64,000 nt of DNA from an uncultured Chloroflexia bacterium (GCA_963812745.1 CAWEWE010000002.1:180178-244177); one strand, 5' to 3'. Shown: positions 30,298 through 40,903, numbered from the stretch's first letter. Translations and numbers: made by a program. The notes: generated by a model not told the origin, from the sequence alone.

Positions 30298-31862
30298 GAC
30301 CGCACCGCCAACGGCCGCCGCGAGCGCACGTCATCGAGCGACACCAGCTCCCGCGCCGGCACCATGCCGGCTGACGTCGTCCGCCGCAGCCCGCCGAACA
30401 GCTGCCGCGCGCAGAACGGCACGCGGACCGGGTTCGCCTCGCCGTCGGTCGAGCCGACGTGGACGCAACACTGCTGGAGCCGCTCGATGTTGAGCGTCCA
30501 GGCGTCCATGAACGATTTGACCGAGAAGCGCTTGACCCGGAGCGCGATCTCCTCCACGGCGGCCTCGCGGTCGAACAACCACCGCCCGAGTGACTTCACG
30601 AAGCCCGTGACGCCGAGGTCGCACGCCTCGCACACCCGGAGGAGGTGGTCGACCAGCTCCGGGCGTGACACGAGCGTGGTCTCGGACATCATCCCGACGA
30701 GCGCCGTCCACATCGCGTCGTCGGGCGCGATCCGGTTCGAGACGAGCCCGAGGTACTCCTTCAGGCGGTCCTCGCCGAGCATCCGCGGGACCGACCGCCA
30801 CTCACCGCTGTCGCCCCTGATGAAGTAGGTGATCGACGAGCAGTCCGGGTGTGAGCACGGCAGCGCGATGAAGTCGTCCGGGCCGACCCGATCGGCCGTC
30901 TGCTTGCCCAGCCGGTCGAGCGTGCCGGTCGTCGTGACCCGGCGCATCGGGTCGATGGGGCTCATCCGACCCGAGCCGAAGACCGGCTGGTAGGCGACAC
31001 CCGCGATGTAGTCGGTCGCGAGGGCGTACTCGGCGATCGCGCCGACCTCGCGGTCGTTGACGCCCTCCGCCACGGCCACCGCGAGCGTGGTGAAGACCCG
31101 TTCCGCGGCCAGCCGGCGGAGCGCCTCGGCTTTGACGTCGCGCAGGTCCTCGCCGCGGTGGTAGAGGTGCGAATCGAGCTCGAATCCGTCGAACTGCAGA
31201 TAGACCTCGACGCGTCCGCGGAGCCGGCCGAGCGCGCTGACGAACCGGTCGTCCTTGGCGATCCGGATCCCGTTGGTGTTGAGGACCACGCGCGTCACGG
31301 CCCGCTCAGTGGCGGCCTCGATGATCTCGAGGACCTCCGGGTGGACGGTCGGCTCGCCGCCCGACAGCATCAGGACATCGATCCGGCCACCCTCGCGCTC
31401 GATCGCCGCGTCGAGCGAGCGCACGATGTGGGGCAGTCGCGCGAACCGGCCGATCCCTGGCGCGGCAGCAGCGAAGCAGGTCGGGCACTCGAGGTTGCAG
31501 TTCTCGGTGATGTCGAGCAGCAGCACGCACGAGTGCTGGGTCTGCAGGTCGCCCAGGCCGTCGGCGTAGCCCATCGGGATGGGCGCGGTGTTGCCGGTCG
31601 TATCGGGGATGATCTCGCGCGTCGGGGTCCGCCACTGCTGGAGATACTCCCAGCGGGCGTGGTCCTCCTCGTACAGGCTCGTCACCACGCCGTGCCCGCG
31701 ACGACAGGTACGGCGCAGGTACACGGCGCCGTCCATCGCCACCAGGTTGCCCTGCAGGATGTCGGTCTCGTAGTCGATGTCGCGGTCAGGATCCTCGCTG
31801 AAACAGCGGCCGCAGACCGTCAACACCATGCGGAGCGGCAGATACGGGCGCAGCGCGAGCAT
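30294..31862 (-). CDS. Radical SAM enzyme of the tetraether lipid synthase (Tes/MJ0619)-like family
   Basis: N-terminal Cxx[50 protein letters not shown]. Confidence 0.8.
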   Translation of the reverse strand: MLALRPYLPLRMVLTVCGRCFSEDPDRDIDYETDILQGNLVAMDGAVYLRRTCRRGHGVVTSLYEEDHARWEYLQQWRTPTREIIPDTTGNTAPIPMGYADGLGDLQTQHSCVLLLDITENCNLECPTCFAAAAPGIGRFARLPHIVRSLDAAIEREGGRIDVLMLSGGEPTVHPEVLEIIEAATERAVTRVVLNTNGIRIAKDDRFVSALGRLRGRVEVYLQFDGFELDSHLYHRGEDLRDVKAEALRRLAAERVFTTLAVAVAEGVNDREVGAIAEYALATDYIAGVAYQPVFGSGRMSPIDPMRRVTTTGTLDRLGKQTADRVGPDDFIALPCSHPDCSSITYFIRGDSGEWRSVPRMLGEDRLKEYLGLVSNRIAPDDAMWTALVGMMSETTLVSRPELVDHLLRVCEACDLGVTGFVKSLGRWLFDREAAVEEIALRVKRFSVKSFMDAWTLNIERLQQCCVHVGSTDGEANPVRVPFCARQLFGGLRRTTSAGMVPARELVSLDDVRSRRPLAVRS

Positions 31863-31874
31863 CGCGACCTCCGT

Positions 31875-32369
31875 TCATTGCGGGACGATGGGGACGCTGC
31901 TCGCGACGAGGCAGATCCCCAAGAGACCGAGGACGATGACGATCGGGAGACCGACGGCGATCAACACGCCCCAGCCCAGCCCGGCTGCGAGCGACGGCTT
32001 CGAATCGCGCAGGACGACCCAGCCGACGATGCCGGCCACGACGAGACCGAGCCCGATGACCGCGGCGATGTCGCCGACACCCATCGAACCGACCAGGGCG
32101 CCGACACCGTAGATCGCGGCGGTATAGCCGACGGCGACTGCGAGCACGACGCCGACGTTGGTCCGCCGCTCGGTCGGGATCGACTTCGCTGGGTTCCCCG
32201 CCGCTGACCACGCCGCGGTGATCTCGGCGTCGGTGTAGCCGGCTGCACGGGCAGCATCCCGGAGCGCCTCGTCCGTGAACCGGTCGCGATTGGTGCCGAC
32301 GTACGCCGCGAGCACCCCGATCCTGTCCTCCTCGACCGCGGGAACGGTCGGACCTCGTTCGTCGACCAT
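31875..32369 (-). CDS. Small 3-TM membrane protein with C-terminal GIC
   Basis: Short helical N-domain (AGYTDAEITAAW), 3 TM, LGLLGIC near the C-terminus. Confidence 0.7.
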   Translation of the reverse strand: MVDERGPTVPAVEEDRIGVLAAYVGTNRDRFTDEALRDAARAAGYTDAEITAAWSAAGNPAKSIPTERRTNVGVVLAVAVGYTAAIYGVGALVGSMGVGDIAAVIGLGLVVAGIVGWVVLRDSKPSLAAGLGWGVLIAVGLPIVIVLGLLGICLVASSVPIVPQ

Positions 32370-32373
32370 CGTG

Positions 32374-33189
32374 CTACGTCCCTCCGAGTGGGAGTGGGAT
32401 CGGCGCCGCCGGGACGCGATGCGCCCCGCGTCGCCATTGGCGGACGAAGTGCACGATCAGGAGCCCGACGAGCGGGATCAGCACCCATTGCGGGCCGGTC
32501 AGCCCGAGGGCCTGGGGCTCGTTGGCGCGCACGAACTCGACCAGGAACCGGAAGATGCCGGCGGCCAGGAGATACAAGCGCAGCCCGTCACCCGGCACCG
32601 GGACCCGGTCGCGGTAGCGGATGATCACCATCGCGGCGATCACGTTGAACCCGATCTCGTACAGCATCGAGGGGTGCATCGGCCCGCCACAGCCGGGGCA
32701 GCGCGCGAACGCCGCCGCGGCCTCGGGAGAGACGGCGATCCCCCAGGGCAGGTCGGTCGAGGTGCCGAGCGGCAGCTCGGACAGGAAGCAGCCGACGCGC
32801 CCGATCGCGGTGGCCACCGGGATGGCGAGCAGGTAAGCGTCGCCCGTGGAGTGCGGGTAGCCCGTCGCTCGTTTGGCGAGCACGATCCCGAGGTAGCCAC
32901 CAGCCAACGCCCCGATCAGGCTCTTGCCGCTCTGTTCGATGGCGACGGTCAGTGGCACACCGTCAAGCGCGCGGTAGTACTCGACGTGCTCCCAGGCGGT
33001 GATGACCCGGGCGCCGATGAGGGCGCCGACCACGGCCGCGATGGAGACCCCGACGATCCGGCCATCGAGCCAGCCCCGGCGACGGAGCTCGCGGTAGTAG
33101 ATCGCGAACCCGACGACCACGGCCAGGACCGAGAACGCGTCGTGGGTGAGGATGCGCCATGGACCGAGTTCCACCAGGATCGGGTGCAT
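32374..33189 (-). CDS. Prolipoprotein diacylglyceryl transferase (Lgt)-like protein, divergent
   Basis: MHP start, GRVGCFL, T.LPWGI, HPSMLYE, RFLVEFVR, Q. Confidence 0.85.
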   Translation of the reverse strand: MHPILVELGPWRILTHDAFSVLAVVVGFAIYYRELRRRGWLDGRIVGVSIAAVVGALIGARVITAWEHVEYYRALDGVPLTVAIEQSGKSLIGALAGGYLGIVLAKRATGYPHSTGDAYLLAIPVATAIGRVGCFLSELPLGTSTDLPWGIAVSPEAAAAFARCPGCGGPMHPSMLYEIGFNVIAAMVIIRYRDRVPVPGDGLRLYLLAAGIFRFLVEFVRANEPQALGLTGPQWVLIPLVGLLIVHFVRQWRRGAHRVPAAPIPLPLGGT

Positions 33190-33316
33190 CGAACCGATCG
33201 TAGTCCTTCGCCGTCCGGCGGTTGCGGCCCGGCGGCACGACGCCGGACTGCTACGAATGGGCGATCTGCGCGTCGTAGGATGCGACGACCCGCCACGCTG
33301 TCCGAGGCCCACGCCC

Positions 33317-34948
33317 TTGTCCCGAACCCTCCTCGATGTGCTCGACGCCGCCGTCACACGCTACGGCGAGCGACCCGCGCTCGGCGTGCGTCACGACGAT
33401 GGCTCGACGACCACCTGGTCGTATCGCGAGCTCGACTGGCGAGCGCGGATCGCGGCGTGGCGCCTACGCGCGCTCGACCTGGAGCCGGGCGACCGGATCC
33501 TGACCTGGAGCCCCTCGACGCCGGAGCTACCGGCCGCCTATTTCGGCGCGATGCACGCGCGACTGGTGCTGGTGCCGCTCGACCTGCGGATGTCCGCAGA
33601 CGCGATCGACACGATCGTCCGCGCGTCGGGCGCGCGCCACCTGATCCTCGGGACCGGGCGCGACGCACCCGATCCTGCCGAAGCCGGTCTTGCCGACTTC
33701 CCGACCACGACGGTCGACGCCCTGACGGCGCCGCCGACCGACGATGACGAGGCGTTCCCGCCCGACTGGGAGGCACGCCAGGCGGCCTGGAAGCGGCCCG
33801 AGGCCGAGGAGCTCTTCGAGCTCGTGTTCACGAGCGGGACGACCGGCACGCCCAAGGGCGTGATGCTGGCGCACGACAACGTCGTGGCATCCATCGAGTC
33901 GTTCCACCGGATCGTGCCGGCGATGGACCACCGGATCGTGTCGCTGCTTCCCCTGTCGCATCTGCTCGAACAGGCCGTCACGCTGTATTACGCCCTCGAT
34001 GTCGGCGCGGACGTGCTCTACGTCCGCAGCCGCAACCCGCGGGTGATCTTCGATGCGCTCCGGGACCACCGCGTCACGAGCATGGTCGTGGTGCCGCAGG
34101 TGCTCGACCTGTTCTGGAGCGCCATCGAGCGTGAGATCGCGAAGCGGGGGCGGACGGCGACGGTCGACCGACTTCGACGGATCGCGCGCCGGCTGCCGTT
34201 CGCGGTCCGGCGGATCATGTTCCGGAGCATTCATCAACAGCTCGGCGGCCACTTCCGGCTGTTCCTCTCGTCCGGCGCATTCCTGCCGCCCGCGCTGCAG
34301 CAGGCCTGGGAGGACATCGGCGTCACCGTCCTGCAGGGGTACGGCACGACCGAGACCGGCACCGGCGCGTGCGGCACGCTCGACGACCACGAGCCCGGCA
34401 CCGTCGGACGGGTGCCGGAAGGGATCCAGATGCGGATCGCGCCAGACGGCGAGATCCAGTTCCGCGGCCGATCGGTCTTCAAGGGCTACTGGCACGCCCC
34501 CGAGCTCACCGCCCAGGCGTTCACCGACGACGGCTGGTATCGGACAGGCGACCTCGGCCGCTACGACGACGCCGGCCGGCTGATCCTGAGTGGCCGGATC
34601 AAGGACATGATCGTCCTGCCGAACGGCTTCAACGTGTATCCGGAAGACATCGAGAACGCGCTGCGGATCGCCGAGCTTCGCGACCCCGTAGTGATCGAGA
34701 CCGCTCCCGGCCGCATCGAGGCGGTCGTGCTCGCGCTCGACGGCGAGGACGCGGCCGCGACGAAGGTCCGTGTCGACGCGGCGGTCAAGGCCGCGAACGC
34801 GACGCTCGGCCCGAACCAGCGGATCGCCGGCTGGCGGCGCTGGCCGGACGAGGACTTCCCCAGGACCCACACGCTCAAGATCAAGCGCGATCCCATCCGC
34901 CGCTGGGCCGCGACGAATGCGCCGGTGTCGGTCAGCGACGGGGCCTGA
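33317..34948 (+). CDS. Long-chain fatty acyl-CoA/AMP ligase
   Basis: FTSGTTGTPKG, LPLSH, QGYGTTE, YRTGDLG, GRIKD, VYPEDIE, PRTHTLK. TTG start after GAGG. Confidence 0.9.
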   Translation: MSRTLLDVLDAAVTRYGERPALGVRHDDGSTTTWSYRELDWRARIAAWRLRALDLEPGDRILTWSPSTPELPAAYFGAMHARLVLVPLDLRMSADAIDTIVRASGARHLILGTGRDAPDPAEAGLADFPTTTVDALTAPPTDDDEAFPPDWEARQAAWKRPEAEELFELVFTSGTTGTPKGVMLAHDNVVASIESFHRIVPAMDHRIVSLLPLSHLLEQAVTLYYALDVGADVLYVRSRNPRVIFDALRDHRVTSMVVVPQVLDLFWSAIEREIAKRGRTATVDRLRRIARRLPFAVRRIMFRSIHQQLGGHFRLFLSSGAFLPPALQQAWEDIGVTVLQGYGTTETGTGACGTLDDHEPGTVGRVPEGIQMRIAPDGEIQFRGRSVFKGYWHAPELTAQAFTDDGWYRTGDLGRYDDAGRLILSGRIKDMIVLPNGFNVYPEDIENALRIAELRDPVVIETAPGRIEAVVLALDGEDAAATKVRVDAAVKAANATLGPNQRIAGWRRWPDEDFPRTHTLKIKRDPIRRWAATNAPVSVSDGA

Positions 34949-34951
34949 GCC

Positions 34952-35488
34952 TCAGGACGGCACCGGCACGCCGGTCCCGAGCATCTCGAGCGCCGTCTGG
35001 ATGTCCGGCTGCAACGGGTCCTCGACGGCGTTCGGTACCCACGAATACATGACCACGGTCTGCCCGACCAGTCGGATGATGTGCCGCGCCCCGAACGCCG
35101 ACTGGACCTTGGCCGGACCGGTCGCCAGGTAGGCCGCCTGGGCGGTGGCCGCCTCGGCCGCGGCCGTCGGGTCGGGGAACTCGTAGACGACGATGAATCC
35201 CTCCTGCGGCGCCTGCGGCAGGATCACCTGATAGAGAGCGCGCGGCGTGACCGTGAAGCGAGCGTCCTCGGGGGGCCGGAAGGGCGCGGCCGAGTCCTGC
35301 AGGATGAGGTTGCGGCCACCGAGGACCCGGACCAGCTCGGCGCGGGTCTGGGCGACGACCGGACCGGCGGTCCTCGTCGGTCCCGCGGTCGCGGCAGGCG
35401 GCCCGGGCGTGATCACCGCGGTGCCGCTCGGGGCACAGCCGGCCAGCGCAAGCACGATCGGGGCGACGAGGGTCAGCCGGGCGGCCAT
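34952..35488 (-). CDS. Lipoprotein of unknown function
   Basis: Lipobox LAGC after a hydrophobic stretch. Confidence 0.7.
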   Translation of the reverse strand: MAARLTLVAPIVLALAGCAPSGTAVITPGPPAATAGPTRTAGPVVAQTRAELVRVLGGRNLILQDSAAPFRPPEDARFTVTPRALYQVILPQAPQEGFIVVYEFPDPTAAAEAATAQAAYLATGPAKVQSAFGARHIIRLVGQTVVMYSWVPNAVEDPLQPDIQTALEMLGTGVPVPS

Positions 35489-35841
35489 TCGAACGCTCGG
35501 CCGCCCATCAGGTGGACGTGGAGATGGTCGACCGATTGCCCGCCCCAGCGCCCGACGTTCGACACGAGCCGGTAGCCGCCGTCGGCGATCCCCTCCGAGC
35601 GCGCCAGATCGGCGGCGACGGCGAAGATCCGCCCGACCAGCTCGCTGTCGGCGTCGGTCAGGTCGAGCGCCGACGCGATGTGGGCGTTCGGCATGAGCAG
35701 GATGTGGGTCGGAGCACGCGGGGCGATGTCACGGATCGCCAGCACGAGATCGTCCTCGTGCACCTTGGTCGACTGGATCTCACCGGCGACGATGCGGCAG
35801 AACAGGCAGTCGGTGGCCGTCAGACGCTCGGCTTCGGCCAT
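35473..35841 (-). CDS. HIT family nucleotide hydrolase
   Basis: DCLFCRI, GGQSVDHLHVHLMGG. Confidence 0.93.
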   Translation of the reverse strand: MAEAERLTATDCLFCRIVAGEIQSTKVHEDDLVLAIRDIAPRAPTHILLMPNAHIASALDLTDADSELVGRIFAVAADLARSEGIADGGYRLVSNVGRWGGQSVDHLHVHLMGGRAFEWPPG

Positions 35842-36299
35842 CAGAAGCTCGGCTTCGTGCTCATCAGGAACCCGATGACGCCAACGAGGCCCGCCATCAG
35901 GTACGACACGTAGCGCTGCCGTCGGGCGCGATCGAGCCAGATGCGGTCATCGGCGGCAGCTTTGATGCCGATCAGCCGCCGCAGGTTCGGGCGCTGGATG
36001 AAGAACGCGAGCCCCAAGTTCAGGGCGTAGACGATCAGCGCCACCAGCAGCCACGGCTGCGCGAGCAGCTGGGGCCCCAGGATCGAGATGAGCGCGAGGC
36101 CCGACAGTGCGAGGCCCGCGCCGAAGACCATCGTCCCGTGCGTCTGCACCCATAGGAGCAACCGGACGACGCCGCTCTCGGACTCGACCGTGGCGCGCCG
36201 GGTCCGCAGCGTGAACGGCAGCAGGATCGAAGGCAGGAACAGGCTCACGGCCAGGCCGATATGGATGGCGAGCACGATCGTGAAGAGGGACGCGGGCAT
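35841..36299 (-). CDS. 4-TM membrane protein (DUF2269-like)
   Basis: N-terminal His in TM1, QPWL, C-terminal LM.TKP. Confidence 0.65.
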   Translation of the reverse strand: MPASLFTIVLAIHIGLAVSLFLPSILLPFTLRTRRATVESESGVVRLLLWVQTHGTMVFGAGLALSGLALISILGPQLLAQPWLLVALIVYALNLGLAFFIQRPNLRRLIGIKAAADDRIWLDRARRQRYVSYLMAGLVGVIGFLMSTKPSF

Positions 36300-36469
36300 C
36301 GAGCGCCGATTGTAGGGTGGGGGACTGAGGCCGGCGTTGGGGGATGGCGACGGTCGACCGAGCAACGGCGGCAGCCGCCCCGACGCTTCCAGATCGAACT
36401 CACCTGGCTCGGAACGAGTCGTAGGTAATGAAGGCGGTCACTCGACCGACCAGGAACACGAGGCGGTCG

Positions 36470-37024
36470 GTGCAACGAGAGCTCGTTGAGGCGGCGCGCG
36501 ACGGGGACCACGAAGCATTCGAGGTCCTGGCGGCCGCTGCCGTGGATCGGCTCTATGCCATCGCTCGACTCATCCTGCGCGATACCCACGATGCCGAGGA
36601 CGCGGTCCAGTCCGCCCTGACGGACGCATGGCGAAACCTGCACAGGATCCGGGACCCGGACCGCTTCGACGCGTGGCTCCATCGTCTGCTCATCAACGCG
36701 TGCGCCGATGAGCGACGCCATCGCCGGCGCTTCGAGGCCCACATCCGTGTTGTCCATGCCGAACCGGCAGAGGCCGACGGCAGTTCCACCCTCGCCGACC
36801 GCGAACAGCTCGAGCGCGGCTTCCGTCGACTGAAGCCGGAGCACCGAGTCGTCGTGGTCCTTCACTACTACCTGGGGCTCCCCTTCCATGAGATCGCTGA
36901 GCTTGTTGGCATCCCGGAAGGAACAGCGAAGTCCCGGGTCTACTACGCGACGGGGATCCTGCGCGCCGCGCTCGAGGCGGACGCTCGATCGACCGTTGCC
37001 GTCACCGATGGACGGATCGCATGA
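36470..37024 (+). CDS. ECF sigma factor
   Basis: LVEAARDGD.EAF, DAEDAVQ, FDAWL, EIAELVGIPEGTAKSR. Confidence 0.92.
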   Translation: MQRELVEAARDGDHEAFEVLAAAAVDRLYAIARLILRDTHDAEDAVQSALTDAWRNLHRIRDPDRFDAWLHRLLINACADERRHRRRFEAHIRVVHAEPAEADGSSTLADREQLERGFRRLKPEHRVVVVLHYYLGLPFHEIAELVGIPEGTAKSRVYYATGILRAALEADARSTVAVTDGRIA

Positions 37025-38136
37025 ATACGAACGCGACTCCCGAGGACCGGATTACGGCGTGGCTCGTCTCGGACGCGCCGCCGCAGGCTCCCGATCGGCT
37101 GCTCGAGGACACCTTCGAGCAGACACGTCGGATCCGACGCCGGAGGTCGCCTCTCGACTGGAGGATCTTCTCGATGATGCGCAGCACCGCGGTACTCACC
37201 ACCGCGACTGTCGTTGTGGTGGCTCTCGTCTTGATCGGCGTCGGCATGCTCGATCGATCACCGGGCGTGGGAGGACCACCGGCCTCGACGGCACAGTCGT
37301 CGATGCCCAGCGGACCAGCTCCGTCGGCAAGCGCGGCGTCCGCGAGTCCGGACGCCGCGACGGCGACCGGTCAGGTCGCCTATCACGCGTCGGTCGACAG
37401 CAACCGGGACATCTACCTTGCCAACGGCGACGGGACTGGCGTGATCCGCTTGACGACCGATCCAGGTGCGGACATGTATCCATCGTGGTCACCCGACGGC
37501 CGATCGATCGCGTTCGTCCGCGACGGTGATGTCTACGTGATGGGCGCGGACGGCTCAGGCGCTACGCGCGTCATGTCGAGCCCCGAGTCCGAGATCGCCC
37601 CGTCGTTCTCGCCGGACGGCACCAAGCTCGTGTTTGGTCGACCATCGGGCGTTGACAATGCAACGATCCATCAGGTCGACCTCGACGGTTCGAACGAACA
37701 GCTGTTGTACGAGGAGCCGGAGACCCACATCGAAGGTGTGGCGCGGCTGATCGCCGACAATTCGTTGCTGGCCGTGCGCGACGAGCAGGGTGGTGGCGGC
37801 CTCGAGATCGTTCGCGTCGACCTGACAACGGGTGTCGCAACCCCGCTCACGGACTATCGAGACGGCGAGGAGGTCTTCTTCGCCCTGTCACCCGACGGCG
37901 CACGCTTGGCGTACCAGAGCGAGGGCCCGGAGCCTGGGCTGCTCGTCATGGAGGCCGACGGGACGAACAGCCGGCACGTCACCGGCGAGTACACCGGTGG
38001 TCTGATCGCGTGGACAGCCGACGGCTCGACGCTGAGCTTCGTGAGCGGCGGCTGGATCAACCTGATCCGGCCGGACGGCACCGGCTTGACGCGACTCCTG
38101 CAGGGCGACTCGCCGAGCTGGCGCCCCGCAACGTAG
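37021..38136 (+). CDS. Putative anti-sigma factor: short cytoplasmic domain, TM, TolB/PD40 beta-propeller
   Basis: ATGA overlap with the ECF gene; single TM; repeated PSWSPDG motifs. Confidence 0.75.
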   Translation: MNTNATPEDRITAWLVSDAPPQAPDRLLEDTFEQTRRIRRRRSPLDWRIFSMMRSTAVLTTATVVVVALVLIGVGMLDRSPGVGGPPASTAQSSMPSGPAPSASAASASPDAATATGQVAYHASVDSNRDIYLANGDGTGVIRLTTDPGADMYPSWSPDGRSIAFVRDGDVYVMGADGSGATRVMSSPESEIAPSFSPDGTKLVFGRPSGVDNATIHQVDLDGSNEQLLYEEPETHIEGVARLIADNSLLAVRDEQGGGGLEIVRVDLTTGVATPLTDYRDGEEVFFALSPDGARLAYQSEGPEPGLLVMEADGTNSRHVTGEYTGGLIAWTADGSTLSFVSGGWINLIRPDGTGLTRLLQGDSPSWRPAT

Positions 38137-38146
38137 GAAGCCCTAG

Positions 38147-39088
38147 TCAACGAGGGCGGCTGGCCACCAGCGCCACCCAGTCGCCGTCAGCCGACCGACC
38201 ACCAATTCGGAGCCCGGTCGTTTCGAACGCGCCGCGGACCTCGGCTTCGCGATCGATGAAGATGCCCGACGCGACGAGGGTCCCGCCCGGCCGCAGCTCG
38301 TCCCGCAGGGCGCCAGCCAGCGGCACAAGAACGCCTGCGATCAAGTTGGCGACGACGACGTCGAAAGGCCGCTCACCGCTCGGGAGGCTGCCCACCCGTG
38401 CGCGCAACCGCCGGCTGAGTCGGTTCCGGCGGGCGTTCGCCACGGTCGACTCGATGGCGATCGGGTCGGTATCGACGCCGAGCGAATCGGCTGCCCCGAG
38501 CTTGATGGCCGCGATCGCGAGGATGCCCGACCCACAGCCGACATCGAGCACCCGACCGCCATCGATCCGGCCGTCGCTCGCAATCGATTCGAGGGCCGCC
38601 AGGCACAGGCGCGTCGTCGGGTGCAGGCCGGTCCCGAACGCCATCCCCGGATCGAGGGCGATCACAACGTCATCGCGCCGGGCGCGGTGGCGGCGCCACG
38701 TCGGCCGGATCACGAGCCGACGGCCCACGCGCAGGACCGGGAAGAACGCCTTCCACGCCTCGGCCCAATCGGCCTCGTGGACGATCCTGGTCTGCAGGTC
38801 GCCGATGCCGCGCAGGTCGAATGCCTGGAGGTGGCCCAGCGCCTCAGCGACCTGCGCCGCGGCGGCCTCGGCCGCGCCAGGATCGGCCGCAGGCACGTAG
38901 CCGCGGACCACGGCAGGGCGCGTCGGATCCACGCGTGCACCCAGACCCTCGTCGACCAGGTCGAACGCCGGCTCCACGGATGTCCCACCGCTCGCCACGC
39001 GGCCGAGGATCTCGCTGACTGCCTCGACGGCTTCGAGATCCGCCTCGACCGCGAGCTCCAGCCAGGCCGCAGGTTGGTCCGGCGTCAC
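38147..39088 (-). CDS. prmA: Ribosomal protein L11 methyltransferase
   Basis: [39 protein letters not shown] overlaps the dnaJ stop. Confidence 0.93.
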   Translation of the reverse strand: MTPDQPAAWLELAVEADLEAVEAVSEILGRVASGGTSVEPAFDLVDEGLGARVDPTRPAVVRGYVPAADPGAAEAAAAQVAEALGHLQAFDLRGIGDLQTRIVHEADWAEAWKAFFPVLRVGRRLVIRPTWRRHRARRDDVVIALDPGMAFGTGLHPTTRLCLAALESIASDGRIDGGRVLDVGCGSGILAIAAIKLGAADSLGVDTDPIAIESTVANARRNRLSRRLRARVGSLPSGERPFDVVVANLIAGVLVPLAGALRDELRPGGTLVASGIFIDREAEVRGAFETTGLRIGGRSADGDWVALVASRPR

Positions 39089-40197
39089 CCCAGACCGAGC
39101 TTGTCGAGGATGCCGCCCGGGCCGCCAACGGTCTCGCCGGACTCGCTCGCGTACGCCTCGAGCAGCTCGCGCTGTTTCTTGGAGAGCTTGCGCGGCACCT
39201 CGACGTCGACCAGCACGTGCAGGTCGCCGCGCGATCCGGATCGGCGCAGGTGGGGCACGCCCTTGCCGCGTAGGCGGATCTCCGTGTCGGGCTGCGTGCC
39301 GGGCTTGATCTCGACCTCCTCGGAGCCGTCGACGGTCGGCACCTCGATGGTCGTGCCGAGTGCGGCCTGGGCGATCGACACACGAGCCTCGTAGTAGAGC
39401 TCGGTGCCGTCCCGTTTGAGGGTCGGATGGGGCGCGACATGGACGGCGACATACAGCGAGCCGGACGCTCCGCCACGCGGACCGACCTCGCCCTCGTTGG
39501 TCAACCGGATCTGATGGCCCTCGTCGATGCCGGCGGGGATCGTCACCCGCAGGGTCCGCTTGTGCTCCGTGCGCCCGTCGCCCTTGCACGTCTCGCAGGG
39601 TGTCTCGACGATCTTGCCCTCGCCTCGACAGCGCGGGCACGCACTGACGTTGACCATCTGGCCGAGCATCGTCTGGCGGACGCTGCGGACCTCGCCGCGC
39701 CCCTCGCACTGCGGGCAGGTGGTTGGCTCGGTCCCGGGCGCGGCGCCGCTGCCGCTGCACGTCTCGCATCGGTCGAGGGAGCGGAACTCGATCTCCTTCT
39801 CGGTGCCCTTGACCGCCTCCTCGAAGGTGATCCGCAGGTCGTAGCGCAGGTCCGACCCGGGCTGCGGTCGGCCACGTCTGGCGGACCCGGCCGCGGCGCC
39901 CCCGAAGAACGCATCGAAGATGTCGCTGAACCCGCCGAACCCCTCGAAACCGGCGCCCCCCGCGCCGCCGTCGACGCCGGCCCGCCCGAACGTGTCGTAG
40001 CGCTGGCGGCGGTCCGGGTCGGACAGGATCTGGTACGCCTCGCTCGCCTCCTTGAACCGCGCCTCGGCCTCCGGATCGGCGTTGACGTCGGGATGCCATT
40101 GCTGCGCCAGCTTGCGGAAGGCGCGCTTGATCTCGGCGTCGCTTGCCGTGCGCCCGACGCCGAGCACCTCGTACAGATCCCGCTCCGTGGTGGCCAT
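39085..40197 (-). CDS. dnaJ: Chaperone DnaJ
   Basis: HPD J-domain, G/F region, four CxxCxGxG repeats. Confidence 0.97.
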   Translation of the reverse strand: MATTERDLYEVLGVGRTASDAEIKRAFRKLAQQWHPDVNADPEAEARFKEASEAYQILSDPDRRQRYDTFGRAGVDGGAGGAGFEGFGGFSDIFDAFFGGAAAGSARRGRPQPGSDLRYDLRITFEEAVKGTEKEIEFRSLDRCETCSGSGAAPGTEPTTCPQCEGRGEVRSVRQTMLGQMVNVSACPRCRGEGKIVETPCETCKGDGRTEHKRTLRVTIPAGIDEGHQIRLTNEGEVGPRGGASGSLYVAVHVAPHPTLKRDGTELYYEARVSIAQAALGTTIEVPTVDGSEEVEIKPGTQPDTEIRLRGKGVPHLRRSGSRGDLHVLVDVEVPRKLSKKQRELLEAYASESGETVGGPGGILDKLGLG

Positions 40198-40209
40198 CGA
40201 CGCAGAAGT

Positions 40210-40903
40210 CTACGAGAGGGCGAGTTCCTTGGCCGTCGCGATCACCGCGTCGAACATCGCGGGGCGTCAGCTTGCCGGTGAACGTGTTCTGCTGGCTCGG
40301 GTGGTACGACCCGACGAGCCGGTACGGCCCGACCTCGACGACGGCGCCATGTCCGAACCGCGGCTTCGTCGGTGTCGCGGGGTAGGCGCCGTTCGCCGCC
40401 ATCGCCCGGAGGGCCGCATCCCAGCCGTACGCGCCCAGCGCCAGCAAGACCTGCACGCCGTCCAGCAGGCCGAGCTCACGCGCCAGGTACGGCGCGCAGC
40501 GGTCGCGTTCCTGCGGTGTCGGCTTGTTGGCAGGTGGGGCGCACCGGACCGCTGCCGCGATGTAGACGTCGGTCAGCGTCAAGCCGTCGTCCGCCCGTCG
40601 TGACGACGATCGATCCGCGAGCCCGGCGCGATGAAGCGCTGCCCACAGGAAGTCGCCCGACGCGTCGCCGGTGAAGACCCGGCCGGTCCGGTTCCCGCCG
40701 TGCGCCGCCGGCGCGAGGCCGACGATCAGGATCCGCGCATCGGGGTCGCCAAAGCCGGGCACCGGCCGGCCCCAGTACGTCTCGTCGCGGAACCGGGCAA
40801 CCTTCTCGCGCGCTACCTGTTCGCGCCAGGCGACGAGCCGCGGACACCGGCGGCACACGACGATCTCCGCGGTGAGGGCCGCGAGCGCGGCCCGGTCGGT
40901 CAC
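40210..40903 (-). CDS. Uracil-DNA glycosylase family 5 (UdgB-like), with one extra base near the 3' end
   Basis: [39 protein letters not shown]. Removing one base from the G4 run at 40261-40264 restores [16 protein letters not shown]. Confidence 0.85.
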
